Shown here in pieces: positions 13,690 to 28,869 of a stretch of DNA of 64,000 nucleotides. Location: the NCBI GenBank assembly GCA_012295275.1, contig CM022677.1, forward strand, positions 7,874,001-7,938,000. The letters are read 5' to 3'. Under the pieces are notes generated by a model. That model made no database searches. It was not told the origin of the DNA and worked only from the letters and a program-made list of their open reading frames with translations. The DNA comes from Chrysomallon squamiferum. Lineage: Eukaryota > Animalia > Mollusca. Numbering within the stretch: the stretch's first letter is position 1; the number at the start of each line of letters is the position of its first letter. The translations under genes and the position numbers were made by a program.

Positions 13690-16600
13690 TATATATATAT
13701 ATATATATACACACACATTCCCATTCCTTAACACACATGTCTATCTATATGTCTACAAATCAATCTAAAAACAATATGTTAAAATATGTTAACTCGAGGC
13801 ATTTTTCATTATGAATTTTCTTCTATTTGTCAACAAAGGTAATGGCAACAGTGAAAACAATGTACTTTATGTATCTATATTATGATAATTTACACAGAAA
13901 TCAAATTGTTTTTAAATTTTCATTAAAGTATATATGAATGGGTTGGAATAACTTAGGAACTACTTTAAATCAATTTTTTATCAATATGCTTTTATGTGAC
14001 TGGAGACATGTTAATTGATTTGATTCTGTTTTATTTTCCCTCTCACTAAGTATATAAAAGTTTTATTTACCAACAACAGGTGAACTGCAGACATGTGTCG
14101 GTGTTGCCTGCACATCCCTCCTAACTCCAGTAACATCAGCTTTCCTTTCTGTATAAATAAAATTTTAAAATATAATAAAATAAACATATCATATAGAAAT
14201 TAATAACAAACGTGTTACACAGATAAATAAAAAATGAAACAATATAAAACACCTACTCAAAAACATTATTTATGAATATATATAAGTCTTCAAGTTCAAA
14301 CTCATGTAAATAATGCTTTAACATAAATGTAATAATTATACCTTCTTGTAAAGTGGTAACAATCATTAAACACATATAGAAAAATTATCTTAAAGATCTA
14401 CTAACATCAATCTAATTTAATCTGAATGAAAAACAAACATTTTACAATTTTTAAAACATAATTTAATTATAAAGGTCACATTTCCAAACACTCATCTGAC
14501 TGCATTGTTTTATTTCACAGCTTTATTTCATACTTTTTCCTATTAATAATATGAATTAATACAAACCAGAACATCAGGAGCTGTCTGACTGTTTGCTAGT
14601 CTGCTTTTAAGATATATCTCTTTAGTAATTTTAACTTTCAATTCATCAGTTGTTAAACCAGAGATAGTGTTCTAGAAAAATAGATAGGTTAGACAAATAT
14701 ATTCAAAACAATTTATTATTACTTTATTATTATTATTCTTCGTATTACTATTTAATCTATGTTTTTATATTTTCTTTTCAGCCTGAGAATAAACTATAAT
14801 ATTATCAGCATTTGTTTTTCCTTTTATTTTTATTATTAATTTGTTATTAAAATATCTTTTGAAACAAAAAGCTGGTTTCAGTGATGAGACTTTCAGAAAA
14901 ACATATGTGTTCTTTATGGATCTAGATCAAATCTTATGTTATTACAGATTGTTCTGTAGGAAATATACTGGATTTAATCTGTAAAATATGTTACAAAAAT
15001 ATATATATACTTGTGCATTAGTTTTGATTACTTGCTTACAGACTGAAATAAATGACTAACCAATACCTGAACCAATAAATATATATGAACTCGAAAAGTG
15101 TCTTACTTATTACTGACAAGTTCATCTTTTTGCTATATCACTATATACTGTTTTCTTTAAACACAGTCTTATGTACGAAGAATCCCTTTAAAAATTACCT
15201 TACATATATTTTGATATTAAATATAATTAATTACAAATCTTAGAAAAAAATATTTTTACTGTTTCTTCTTTTTATTTTTTCTTCATCAGATATTGATGAA
15301 CTCTCATAAAAAAGAAAATGTGATGGTTTCTTTTTATTATTATTTTGTGGAAAAAACTATCAACTTTATGAAATACCTGACAAATTCTAATCATGTTTGT
15401 TTCCTGTATAGTGGCAAAAATAATCAAGTTACAAATTAACATAGTAAAAAATAATCAAAGAATAAGACATGGTTTCAGATGTACTTATTAAAGTCTAAGT
15501 TTTCACTTCTACAAGTTAACCAAACTGATAATCCATACATCCTGTATCAAAATCTTGGTGGACCAATTTCCAAATGTCCTGCAAGTCACACTGCCTGACT
15601 CTTTTCTCTTTCAATACATTTTCCTGCAAACAAAATGACATCTTCTACAATACTGATCACCTCTTACATAATAAACTTGCAACTGGCCAATATACGATGC
15701 TGTGTTTAATGAAGTCAAAGTTGCAAAATAAAAAAATAAAAATAAACCTGCCCATAATCGTATCAACTGAAAAAGATATAAATGTAAGACATTCGGCAGG
15801 TTTTCAGTTATTTAGGAAATTTTTGTTAATCTAAACTGTTATATTATTTCTGATCAGATTGAAATTATGGCAGATAAATTATCAAACCAAACTTTGTGTG
15901 TTTTTATTTTTAAGATGGAAGAATGAATGCATCCATTAAGTTCAAGAAAACATATATATTATAACTGAACTAACTTCAAATTCAGAACATATCTCCTTCT
16001 CTCTCTCCAGTGTTTCTTGCAGCTGGCAGATGTCACTAATTTTTCAAAAGATTAGCATATTTAGAAAAAAATGAGGTTTAATAAAAACAATAACAGCATT
16101 TCTTAAACAAAATCTAAACAAATTATTTACATTCTGTTTCTAATATATATTATTCTAATGAAAAAGCTAGGATTTGTTAGTTTAACCAACTGTAAATACC
16201 ATTAACAAAGTTATGTAATTTAGCTTAGACACAGAACTACTTAAATAATAAAATAAAATAAAATAAAATAAAATAAATATTCACACATTCAGCGTTACAG
16301 TATTTTTCACCAAGTTCTTTACTGGCTCTGAAAAACATAGAACAGAAAAATATTTTGTATTAATATTTCATAAAACCATACTAAACTTGTATTTATATAT
16401 GTCACTGATTATGATGTAACAACAATAATGTATACAGTTCCTTATTTGCCTAGTGGCAGACAGAACAAAACCTGACAATTCAAAACCAAAGCATATTTAG
16501 ATATATTTTTTCTGTAATCATTTCTCTTTTTTTCCAAAGTAAATCTGTTTTACCAAAATAAGTTTTTGTTTGTGAGGCTTACTGCTGAAAAGTGAAAAAT

Positions 16601-17170
16601 GAAAAAACAAACTCATTTATTAATAGTTTTGGGACAAAAATGTTTTCTGCATACTGGTGTTAGAGAATAAGCTGACAGACAAGGAATCTTTTGTATGCAC
16701 CTTTACATGGAGACAAAACACCATACACCTGTAGGCCAGTTACCTCTCAGACACCAAGCCTGCACTCAAACCACTGATATGTTTTCTGTTCCTTTAATTC
16801 ATGTGTCATGGATTCACATTTATTTTCTACATCTCTGAAATAATCTCAGCATTTCTGTGGAAGATTACTTTGAAAAATGAGACACAGTTTGTTTGCTGAA
16901 TGACAAAGCTGTGGCATGACAGGCTAATACCGACAAATAAAAGATGCATCTTAGATCAAGAGAAAAACAAATTAATCATTCTGAAGGAGATACAACAACT
17001 CATGTACTTTAAAGGTATATTATGATGACAGCTTAACCATTATAGAACTGTCGGGCAAATGTAAAAGACTCAGTCAAAATGTATTGGAATATTACATTTG
17101 AATTTTGGTGCCAGCAAAAACAAATGCTAAAGACAGTGATATAAGGCAAGTTATAAATATAAAGATACTA

Positions 17171-17289
17171 ACCTTGTTAAATTTTCAATACTGCAACAGT
17201 TTGCTTTCAGTTTGCAAATCTTTTATTTCTTTTTTTTTTTCTGCGAGTCCTTGAGAACTTTCCACAAGCTGACCTCTCAGTTGCTCAGT
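17171..17289 (-). other. Candidate coiled-coil exon of an unidentified, probably pseudogenised gene
   Basis: ttttcag|ACTGAG...AACAAG|gttag; reads TEQLRGQLVESSQGLAEKK.EIKDLQTE with frame disruption. Other AG/GT-bounded blocks at ~88-169, 7413-7517 and 18355-18453 may belong to the same minus-strand transcript. Confidence 0.4.
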
Positions 17290-20200
17290 CTGAAAATTAA
17301 AATCATTATTGCAAAGTTATTTAATTGAAGACAACAAAGTATCAAATATATATCATAAACATGTTATTTACTGCTCCAGACTTTTTCTGCTGAATCAGTC
17401 CTACTTTTTATTATTATTATTCTTTTTATTTATTTAATTTTTTCTTATAAATGCTGAAAGTAATTTATTCTATGATCCAGTTCTCAGCCACCTTTCATTC
17501 TAATTTTACATATTTAATTATCTTCAGAATGTTCAACTATTTATTTTAAAATGAATAAATGCATAATGGAAGCCAACATAATTCAGTGACCATTAAATAA
17601 TAATTTCATCTACCATTTTACTAGGAATTATTATTAAAACTGATTATAATTAAAAAATTCTGTATCAAAATATTTAATTAAATAATAAATACTGATTTAT
17701 GTCCCACCATTTCTGTGGTATTAAGGCACCTCTGAATGTACAAAGACACCAGATGCTCAAATCATTCATAAGATGAAATTTTTTAAACTGCATATGTTCT
17801 TAACTTGAACCCCACCTATAGATATCAATAAAAACTGCTACAGCTGATGTTAATCACGCCCGCTACAGCATTCTGGCATACATTATGTAATAAGAATACC
17901 ATTTGATTTCTTCTTCTTAAATCCTAGTACATTTTAATAAAGTATGGTAACTTCCAAGTAATAATAATTATTTTATTTATTCAGAAAGGAAATAATATGT
18001 TTATTTATTTAGTTGTTATTGTTTGTTTTTTTGTTTTTTAACTTTTTATTTTTTTAGATAATTTAAACATCACTATCAGTTTTGTCCACATCTCACTTTA
18101 AAAAAGTTAAAGAAACAAATGTTAAATTAACTGCTAAAGAAAAAAGATTACAGTAATTAAAAAAAGAAAAATGAAAAGCAGCACATACAATACATTATTG
18201 CTTAGAATTAATCATGGTTCAAACTTATTTCAAGATACTGATTATGTTGTAAAACTATATGAATGAAAATTCAAGACTCATCAGAACAAAAATCTATCAG
18301 AAAGAGAGATAAATGTGGTCTAAAATCAAAAATATAATTATTTAAGTATCTCACAGGTATTTAGACTGCACATTCAAGGTTTCTTCTGTTACATTTTCTC
18401 CATTTGCAGATGACAATGATCCACACATTTGCATGTCACTGCAATATTGACATCTGTAAGAAGCATCACAAAGTTCTTTCAGTAATTGGTTAATGTTAAT
18501 CTAAAAACAATTTTTCTTATGATGGACTGTATTCATAAAACATTGTATGTTTTGACTTAGACAAGTCCTTTCAATAATACTTTAAAAAAAAAATAATAAT
18601 AATAATAAAATTTAATCATGAATCACAATGACTTTGAACAATAGATGAATAAATATAATAATATTAATTGTCCATTACAAGCAAGATCCTTTGAAATACT
18701 GATTCAAAAATAGCATTTACTAAAAACTAAAGTACAATAAAAGAAAGATAATTAATATGTAACAGACCAATGAAACAGTAACATTCACTTTGTCAGCTTC
18801 TGTATCAAGATAAGTCGAAATCAGTTATGAAGATGTTTCTGCAGGAGCAACTATTATTCAGTGGCTTTATTGTACCAACCTTGTCTTTTTCACACAAAGG
18901 TGATGCCAAACATTTCATAACAAATATAGATTACTTTAACATTAACACTGACTGTTATTATTTTATAATTATTACCATGAATTGATTCGGTGTGTATTAT
19001 TGTAACTCTGTTAGTACCTCAAGGCTGATAAAGCAAACCTATTGAAGTATGAATTAAACTATAAGTTGATTTAATGAACAAAATGTAAATAAACAACAGC
19101 TAAAGCAAATAACCTATCTTCTTTATCTGGCACTCAATCCAAACCCCAGTTCAGCAACAGTTTTATTTCATGGATAATCATATTAAAACTAATTTCACCA
19201 AAAAAAGTAGTTCACAGAAAATGAAAATTAGCTTTGACCAAAAGTAAAAAAAACATGTAAGAATAAAATAATGCATAAAAAATAATAATAATAATGTTGT
19301 CTCTTGGTAATTAAATTAACAAAATACTACAGACGCTGAAAACTGAATTGGGAATAAATTAAGTTAGATATAATTTAAGGTAATATCTCCAGATATTTTT
19401 CAATGTCAGTTGAAAAAATAAACTTTGTTCACCATTTACACAAATGAAATAAACATACTTCACTAAAATTTTCTTTTCTAGAAGCTTCATAATAATTTCA
19501 GTCTGTGAGCTTTCCTTCTTGACTAAAAGCAACAAAACAAAGATTTCACATGAAAAATATAAATGTCAGCATATACAGGTACATATACATATACTGAAAA
19601 TATTACATTGGAAATATAAAAATAACAAATATGAAATAATTAATTATTCAGTGGTAATTTTCTTTATTTTCAGTAACTTATCAATCCATTCCATAACTTC
19701 AAATAAAGTAATTTTGTTCAAGGTAAACATTACATAGCAAGAAGAGAACAAATATTACTGCAATTCCAAATAATGCACTTGTTGCTTTTGTTCTGAATCT
19801 TAGACATACCAAAGAAATTTGATGACATAACCACTTTTTTAACAATGCCATTCCCACCTCCTCCATCAACATCAGGATTTTCTGTTACTGACATGTAAAT
19901 GTCAGCTGATTTACACAGTGTAAGCAAAATCAGTCCTGGCAAAATCTGCAAATATAAAACAAATAAACAGTAAAAGACGACAGAATCTATTCTCTGCAGG
20001 AGTAGCATCATCAGCAGCAGAAACATACTGCCACTGCTTCCACAGACATCCATTTTATAGCAGAAGTGAAGATGGTAGAAAGTGTAAATGGGAAAATAAA
20101 TGAAGAATGTATTAATAATAATTAAGATACCAGCTATAACATGATAATTTCACAAATTTTAAAATATATTTTAAGTTAAAATTGTCTTTTTCTCTCTCAA

Positions 20201-21349
20201 AATAAACTATGATTCATCTGCAAGCATTAAACTTTTACAGAAGAGCAGTTTACATTACAAAACCCCAGTTTACATTCATTAAACATTGTCCTGTATTTTT
20301 TATTTAACATGGCCTTAAGTATACTTTTTTTAGAAATTAGGTAAAAACACTTACTTGCTGATAAACTTGTTTGATGTCTGATGTCTTTTAAGTCAGTTAT
20401 GTCTTTCATCGCTATGATGACAGTACCTTCAAATAGTAACCATAGACATAAATGAATTCATTAGGTGGATATAGTTTCTACTGGAATATAGAATTATGGT
20501 TTACATTTTTAAAATCAAATCTTTGTACAAAAAGACTACAATAATAAAGAAATGAAAAATATAATTAAAAAATTTCGGTGTGAGGTATTTGTCTCATTTG
20601 CCTTAATGTTTAATATTTAATATTTACTTGTAATCATTGACTGTCACAGAAATGATATTAAAATATTGTGAATGACAAAATTAATGATATTTATATTGTT
20701 TTCATCTCTCGAAATTTTTATACAAGGTTGTCTTTTTCTGTGAAAATTAATGTTCTTGACTCACACATCTATGTCAGCTATGGAAAAAATAAGTGTATAA
20801 AAAATATTTTAAAAGTTGACAAATCAGAAAATATAATAAGAAATATATCACCAGTAACTATTGCATACAGAAACCCTGTGAAAACCTGAAGTTCTAAGAT
20901 TCTATTGTTTGAGTTAGTTTTCACTGGGAAGTTTATTTAATAAGCAATTTTATTTATTTATTTATTTAATATTTATTTATTTTAAGGATTGTATTTATCT
21001 TATTTATTTTATTATTTTATTTATTTAATATATGTTTACCATTTCACAAGCAAATCTGAAAAACAAACAACTAAATTTAAACACTCAACACTGATAGTGT
21101 CAATCAATAAAAAAGAAACAAGAAGCAATATTACTCTTACAGTGATAATTAAGTTTATACAAAATAATTTCACCAACTGATTTGCTTATTTACCCTAAAG
21201 TAACCTAATATTTGCAGCAACTATTTACTTTAAACAAAACCATTTCAGCAACCGAAATATTTACTCATTATATTATTATTTAAATCAGTTTTGAAATATA
21301 TCGGTATTTACATTTTCCCCATCAATAGCAAAAATCATAATGAATATTT

Positions 21350-22830
21350 AATGGCCGAAATTAGTTTTTTGGTCCACCATATTTTTTAGATGAGTATTCA
21401 GCTCTCTGTGTGTGTGTTTTCCAATACTTGTCACAGTGTTTTTAAACCCCCTAGACATAACAACAAGAATAAATATTGGCTCTGTGACACCAAGACATTC
21501 TGGTAATTCCAAATAATCATGTTAAGACAATCCAATGTTGTTGTTTTTTTGATAATTATAGGATTTTAAACACATTCACAAGAAAAATTTAAAATGTTCA
21601 AAGTATTTTAGAAATAAATGTAGTTAAAAAAAGAAGTTTGTCTTAAAAGTTCTATTCTGCTCATTGCACTCATTGAATCCACTCATTGCATTTACCATCC
21701 AAACCAAAGTTATAATAGTGAATTCAGCACACTTTGTCAATCACAGCTGGAGTTTTTTGTTGAATAACTGCAGCTAAACAGAATCATGTTGTCAAATCAA
21801 TGTAAGAAATGTACACCTGACTTCCATTCTTTTAGTTCCAGAAACACATCATTAAATTCTGATGCAAATGGAAAACACACGATATGTCTGGGTGAAGTTC
21901 TTTTGAATTTTTGTACAAACATCGCAAGTTTCAGTTACCTCTTATGACAATCATCATCACTGACACCTGCATCCTTTAATAACACTGAAAGTCTTTGATT
22001 CAAAGGATGAGAAAACTGTTTATGAAGTTCTAAATTGATTTTCTTATCAGTAATAGTGTAGAAAAGTTGTTTTGGATAATCAAGATGAACACAGTGTGTA
22101 TACAAATTAATCTGCTTTCCAAGAATTGAGCTCTGTCATGCTCTAAATCTTACACTACGTTGCACTTTTCACTGCTGGTTTTCCCAAAAGTAATGTCACT
22201 TTCAACCACATCTGTTACATCTGATACATTTTACACCCACTATTTTACAATGAATTGTTACTTATCTCTTTGATTTAAGGCATTTACCTGCACCAGATTA
22301 GAAAACGGTGTCACTAATATTTCATTAACTTGTTTAAGTTTCTGTGTAAAGTATCCAAATAACATTTCATCCAGTATTCACTGGCAACCTTTGAATTATA
22401 TGCAGTCAAGAACAGCTGAATTAACTATAATTTAAAATAAAAAAATCGAAATGCTCCACAACGACGCTGATTATTTCGCTTTCCACTACATAAATTAATG
22501 CCAACTCTTGAATCGTTATCATTTACTTGTTTCAACAAATATGTCACATCGCTGTAGTCGGCACCAGTAAGTACAAAGCTGTTCTCTGTGACAAAAATCA
22601 GCTCCGTCTGGTAACTTAAACACTAACATAAACGGCTGCAAGTTCGTCTTTTATATATTTTCGTTAGCAAAGTCGCCATTTTATCGTCTTTCATCAACGC
22701 CGAGTTCACTAAACACTTCATCCGGATGGATCTCTTTACTTTCCTGCAATGATAACGCTATCACTATTTCTTTTTCCAAATCTAATTTCATCCATTCATC
22801 TGCTGTACGTTTTGTAACTTTCGGTCGGCG
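21350..22830 (-). mobile_element. Highly decayed Ty1/copia-type LTR retrotransposon (gag-protease-integrase)
   Basis: Manual multi-frame translation: gag IVIALSLQESKEI..DEVFSEL..KDELAAVY and VLTGADY; protease NSAVLDC...YWMKCYLDTL...TDVVESDI.LLGKP; integrase LHKQFSHPLNQRLSVLLKDAG...TCDVC..FKRTSPRHIVCFPFASEFND...LKEWKSGVHFL. Order PR then IN with no RT between is copia-type. No LTRs recognised. Confidence 0.75.
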
Positions 22831-25254
22831 TCTTCTAATAAAAATAAATTAACAAGAACGCTCTGTAGCAAGATTTAATCCATCGTTAAGCCCTCACTTA
22901 CAATACGATACATGACTCCAAAAAACATTTTTTTATTTTTATTATTATTATTATTATTTTTTCCATATTCTTAGTCCTAGCTGCAGGATTTATAACATCT
23001 TTTAAATTAAAATAAAATAAAATGTAAATAAGTTAACTACATCTATGTTCTTATTTGTTTTAGTTGCAGGTGTTTATAGTATCTTTTAAAACAATAAAAA
23101 GACCACTGGCAAATATAAATAAATAAATAAAATAACAGGTTTGGACTACGTGGACCAGAAGGAAGCAGCCAAAAAAAAAAACAACAACAGCAACAGCCAA
23201 GAGCAGAACAAGCAGGACGGCAAACAACACGGACCCGGTGATGGCTGAGAGATTGTGCCGGAGACCACAGGGGGCGAATTGCGACTGCGAAACATCGGTA
23301 CCGACTCGTTACGATCCGATATGCTGGACACTCCCTTGTGTCCTGCAATTGTGGCGAGAACCACCTACCCAAAACTCTTTTCTGCGACGGACACTCCCGC
23401 TGACCTGTCAGAAAGCTTGCCCGTCGCAGACGGTTCTTTCACAACAGCTTGCTCTGATTAGCACGTTAATTTTTTTCCATTCCATTCGATCCAACTCGAT
23501 TACAGATTAACCATCCCGTCGCAGAAAGCACACCAATTTGAAAGTGGTCCAAGATTTTCTGGTAAACCTAAAGAATTATGTTAACAATTATTGTCGGAGA
23601 TTGGGTACATCTCATTAACTGTTTATATCTTTTCATAGTTTTGAAGAAAAAATGCCATGTGCATTAACTTTAACTTAATATTTATAGTTACTTTTATTAT
23701 GTATTAATAAATATAGTATAAAAAATAATAATACTTAATTCAGTGTTTATATATTAGTTTACATTATATTTCTTATTAAAATTTTGTCATTTATTAAAAT
23801 AGAAATATATTTTAAAGTCAAAATGTAAAAGTATATTTACTTTTGTTTTCTAATAAATTTTAAAAATATTTTAAAAAAGAAATAAATAAAAGAGAAAAAT
23901 CCCAGGTCTTGTAATCTTTTCCTGTGCCTTTTCTCAGCTTAAAAAAATCACATTAATTAATATTTCTCCGTATTTCTCTAAATCTCTTTATAGAAAAATA
24001 ATACTTCCTTCTCTGACTCTCTCTATGTTGCACAGTTTACATAATAAAATATCCAAGTAACATTATATATGTTATTATTTTTATTATGCAGGCATCATTA
24101 TCCTTAGAAAACACACGTATTATTAATAAAATATAAACACGATTTTTTTTCCGCTCTGCTGCTAGTCGTGTTATCTCAAGTTACCAGTAAAAAAAGTCTG
24201 TGACATCGTTCTTTATTGATATGACTAGATTTATAATTTTGGTGAAAGCAGACACAGGAATTAATTATTGGTCATTCTAAAATTCTTCCTGCTATATAAA
24301 TTAAAATAATCACCTCTGTTACTTGATCCTCCAGTACAGGCTTCTGTGGTTGTGTGAGCACCACCTAGAACAGACCCTGACAATTCAGATCTGTGCAAGA
24401 AACATATGTCATCAGATATTCTTATCCAAGGGGGACCACACTGAAAGGATCATAATTTAATATTTTTTTATAATGGTTTTGCTTTTAATCAATAAAAACT
24501 AGAATGTCAAATGTTTGAAAGAAAAACTGATGTTTAATTTAACTAAAGAACTCTGATTTGCACAATGCAAACCTAATCAGTTATTATTAGTAAAGAAAAT
24601 TTACATTCTAAAAATACTGCCTTAAGTCAGATGGAAATAACAAATCAGTACACATATAATTTCTTAACCAGTAATATTATAATACATTTTAATATATAAA
24701 GTAATAAATTAGTAACAGTATAACAGTGATAGCCAAATATCTCTCTTGCCGAGTCTCACAACTAAATGAAAGAACGATAGTTAAAATTATTTAATATTAC
24801 TGGATGTATACGATATTATAATATTGTTGGGAAAGTAAGTGCAGTTAATACTGGTGAAATCACTTTTAGTAAGTTTATTCGAAATGATTTAAGTTTATGA
24901 ATTTCGAATTGTGATGTTTTTAAAATAGTATTTCTCATGATAAATATTAATAATTTTGTTGTTGTGTTTTACAGAGTAATTTGTGATCAACATCTACTGC
25001 AGGCAGATAGATTACATTAGAAAATACAGAGATTATATACTGTAGGATCAAAATATTTGTACGCTGTTTTTGCATTGGATTCTCAATAGCAGATACTCCG
25101 GGAATAGGGCAACAAAGATCCTATGTAAGTTAAATGGTGAAACAACTGTTACCTAATTAAATTACCAGTTTCAGCAGATGAAGTGACTGTGAAAGGTTTT
25201 AAGTGAGCTCCCTTTACGAAACTTTGTTTACGCAACTTCCACCAGCTTTGTGTA

Positions 25255-25355
25255 GGGACGCCAATAACACTGTCGTCACAGCGCGTAATTGACGTCACAA
25301 ACCCGAGCCAAATACGATGGCAGGTGCCCGGAATACCAACATCTGATTGGTTAAA
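25255..25355. promoter_or_regulatory. CpG-rich promoter-like patch with CRE palindrome and CCAAT boxes
   Basis: TGACGTCA at 25290-25297, CCAAT at 25261, inverted ATTGG near 25346; CpG-dense in an AT-rich background. Confidence 0.3.
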
Positions 25356-25485
25356 CTAATGTTTATATAAACAATGTAGATGTTTTTATTTATTTATTTA
25401 TTAAATTATTAATTTATTAATTATTAAAAACAGTGTAAATTAAATTTTATTTTCTAAAGAGATACTCTCATGATATTAAACTGAA

Positions 25486-25525
<40 letters not shown>

Positions 25526-26072
25526 ATCTTTGCTAACAAATATTTTTAGGTGATACTCTGTAAAAATATAGTCTAAGCACATTTTAGATATTTTCTCAGA
25601 AGAGTGTTAGTATATTAAACAGACAGCTTAGTAATTTTACATTACTATAATTAATTCTGAAAATAAGCTGAGGCCAGGTGATCTCTGAGCCTGTTAGTTT
25701 ATAGATTAACCATAACAGCATTGTTAAAAATGTGAGTTTTTGTGTGTGTGTGTGTGTGTGTGTGTTCTTTTATTCAACATTTCATTCATATTTCATTTTA
25801 TTTTAATTTCTTACTATTAATTTTTATTATTTTTATTTTTTAGTGAACGTGTTCATACTCTGACTGGAAAGGAAGTAATACTTTGGATGTCAAATGGCAG
25901 GTCAAAAACAAAAAATTGAACCTTTCTTTAAAAATATGGTATAAGAGATGTTTTTTGTTTTACCACTATTATTACTAGTAGTAATAGTAGTAGAACTGTA
26001 TTACTATTGTATTTATCATTATTACTACTACTACTATTCTTCTTCTTCTTCTTATTATTATTATTAATATTG

Positions 26073-26142
<70 letters not shown>

Positions 26143-26409
26143 TTTTATTTTTCTCTTTCTCATATATCTCCGTTTCTTTTTCTTTAGCAAGAAATAATAT
26201 TACACAGGTTATTCTGATATTTATTGATCTACATTTAATTGTTACATGAAATTTATATTCATAAGTCTTATTTATATACAGTAAAACATTTATTTTATTA
26301 AGCAGGTGAAAATTCTGGATTTTATATAGGGAATAGGATGCTGGCAATCTCAGTACACTTTTGAGAGTAAACATTTAAGTATATTATAAATAAATCAATT
26401 TATAAGTAA

Positions 26410-26650
26410 TCAGTGAAATATATTTTGATATGATGAAATATATTTTGATATAATTAAGTATTTTTGATATAATTAACTATTTTTTGATATGATTGGATAT
26501 ATTTTGATATAATTAAGTATTTTTGATATAATTAACTATTTTTTGATATGATTGGATATATTTTGATATAATTAAGTAGTTTTGATATAATTAAATATAT
26601 TGTGATATGATTAAATGTATATTGATACAATTGAGTATTTTTTATATGAT
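26410..26650. repeat. AT-rich ~19-bp tandem repeat
   Basis: Repeated (a/t)ttttgatata(a/g)tt... units, ~12 copies with a higher-order triplet. Confidence 0.85.
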
Positions 26651-27996
26651 TTCATAATTTCTCATTTAATTATATTATAAATAAATCATTTTATTATTAT
26701 TTTATATTTGTATTTAGTTTTTATCTTTCTCTGATAACATTACGCGGCCAAATAAAAAATTTGAAGTAATTTTTATGTCCGCTCTCAGAACAGTTCTAAT
26801 GAAACTAAGAGAATAGCGTCAAACATAAACAGGAAGCTTCCGTTTTTACAGAAAAATAAAAACAGAATAAAAAAATAAAGATATTACTGTTGTTATTGTT
26901 CTGCTATTGATAACAAGAGGACTTTGACAAATTTGGTGTCTGCTTTATTGTTATATAGATTATTACTGGTGAAGCGGTTATATTGATATCTAATGTAATA
27001 AGAGAACTTCAGGTATAATCAGAAATATAAAGTATATTAACTATACAAATTGCGCTGATGTAAACTTCGTCATGAATGTAATGAAAAAATTAAATAACAA
27101 GTTAACCTTGTTTGTTCTCAGCTAATCAGTACACACTATCTTGATTCAAGGGAATTAACTCTGATATTTTTAAATATAACCCGATATAAATATACGATAT
27201 TAATAAAATATGAGATTAACATTTCTCAACATACTTAACTACAAACTCTAAATATCACTGCTCATAATTAATTCTCATCTTTTTTATTTTATAAGTAATT
27301 AAACCGCTTATTTTCATAACGCCATGTAGAATTATCATTTATAACTGTCAGTAATATCTAATAGATTAACTATGCTTATCAATATTTCCTGTAGTCTTTA
27401 TAATATTTAAGATCCAAGTACAGTAAATTTACGCCTTTCTATCATATGATTTAGAATTAGCGAAGTAAAATATCACGTTACGTTTAATAAAACGGACACT
27501 TCAAAGCGGTATCTGAAGTTAGTTGCACAATGATCTGCTGTGTGTGTTTTTCAGTGAAACATGTTCCTAGTGTTTATAAAAGGTCATACTGTATGAGCCC
27601 TCTTTATTTCTCGATATATTTTTGAGTCACATACAAAGCTACTGTTATTTATAAAACATTATAACACGGAAGATCCATCTTTCTGAATGTTTACAGTGAA
27701 AACATACCTGTAATTTTCAGTAAAATTTGTCGTATAACTAAATTAATATTATCTCATTCAAGAAGGATAGTTGAGAAATTCAGAAATAAAGAGGCCTTAA
27801 TTCAGAAATAAAGAGATAATTAAATACTGATTTTCTTTTTCTAGACAGGTGTGTGTAGAAAAGCTGAGGTTACATTTTTAGATATTAGCAAATAATTAAT
27901 TATATATGAAGTGATATTCATTTTAATATTTCTAGTTGAGAAGTACAGCTTGATCCACAGAATATACTGAATGGTATCCTGAAAGATATATATATA

Positions 27997-28085
<89 letters not shown>

Positions 28086-28869
28086 CTGAAGACATATTCA
28101 AAATCGGAAAAAAATTCGCTCAGCTGAAGTTTGTCAAATTCACTTAATAAAAGTTAATACACTCATCTAATTTAATTCGACGATTTGTTTACTATGAGAA
28201 ATAATTTGACTAATCTGAAACTCAGCAACATTTTCAGATTTATTCTAAACTGAGAAACAAAAGGCAAGACACAAATAGTTATTAAAATTATTTTTTATAA
28301 CTGAGGGGCAACATTATCAGTGTAAATAGCGGCATTCTTAAGTAAAACTGTTATTTATTTTTACTTGCTTATAATTATGTGATGTTATATAATTTATTCG
28401 TGTATACAGCGGTATACTTAATTAAAAATATCACTTTATTTTTACTTGTTTATAATTAATGTTACATAATTTATTCGTTTAATTAGCAGTATCCTTAATT
28501 AAAACTATCTTCTTATTTTATAATTATTTTATGAAATATAGTAAACTGCGCTCTTTTTTAGAAAATAAACTGATACCTTTTTATACGTAATGGAATATCA
28601 TTTAAATTTTCTTCTATTTTTTTTTTTTTATAAACAATAATAATAATAATAATCATAATAACTGAAACAAAAATTTAAAAATTTAAAGTAAACTCTATAT
28701 GATGCTCCTAAAATACAGGTATTCTCTATAATCGATGTTCTTACTTGAAATTATCATTTTAATATGTAGTGATATATAATTTATGACGTTAATAGGAGGT
28801 AAGTATGTAGAGAAGGTACAGATTAATAATCTGGTCTAAAACTGTATGAGATGTAGGTATTATAAAGGA

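Noticed and set aside
16670-16780. Possible SINE core fragment (tcttttgtatgcacc...)
   Set aside because: Resemblance too short and degraded to support without a database search.
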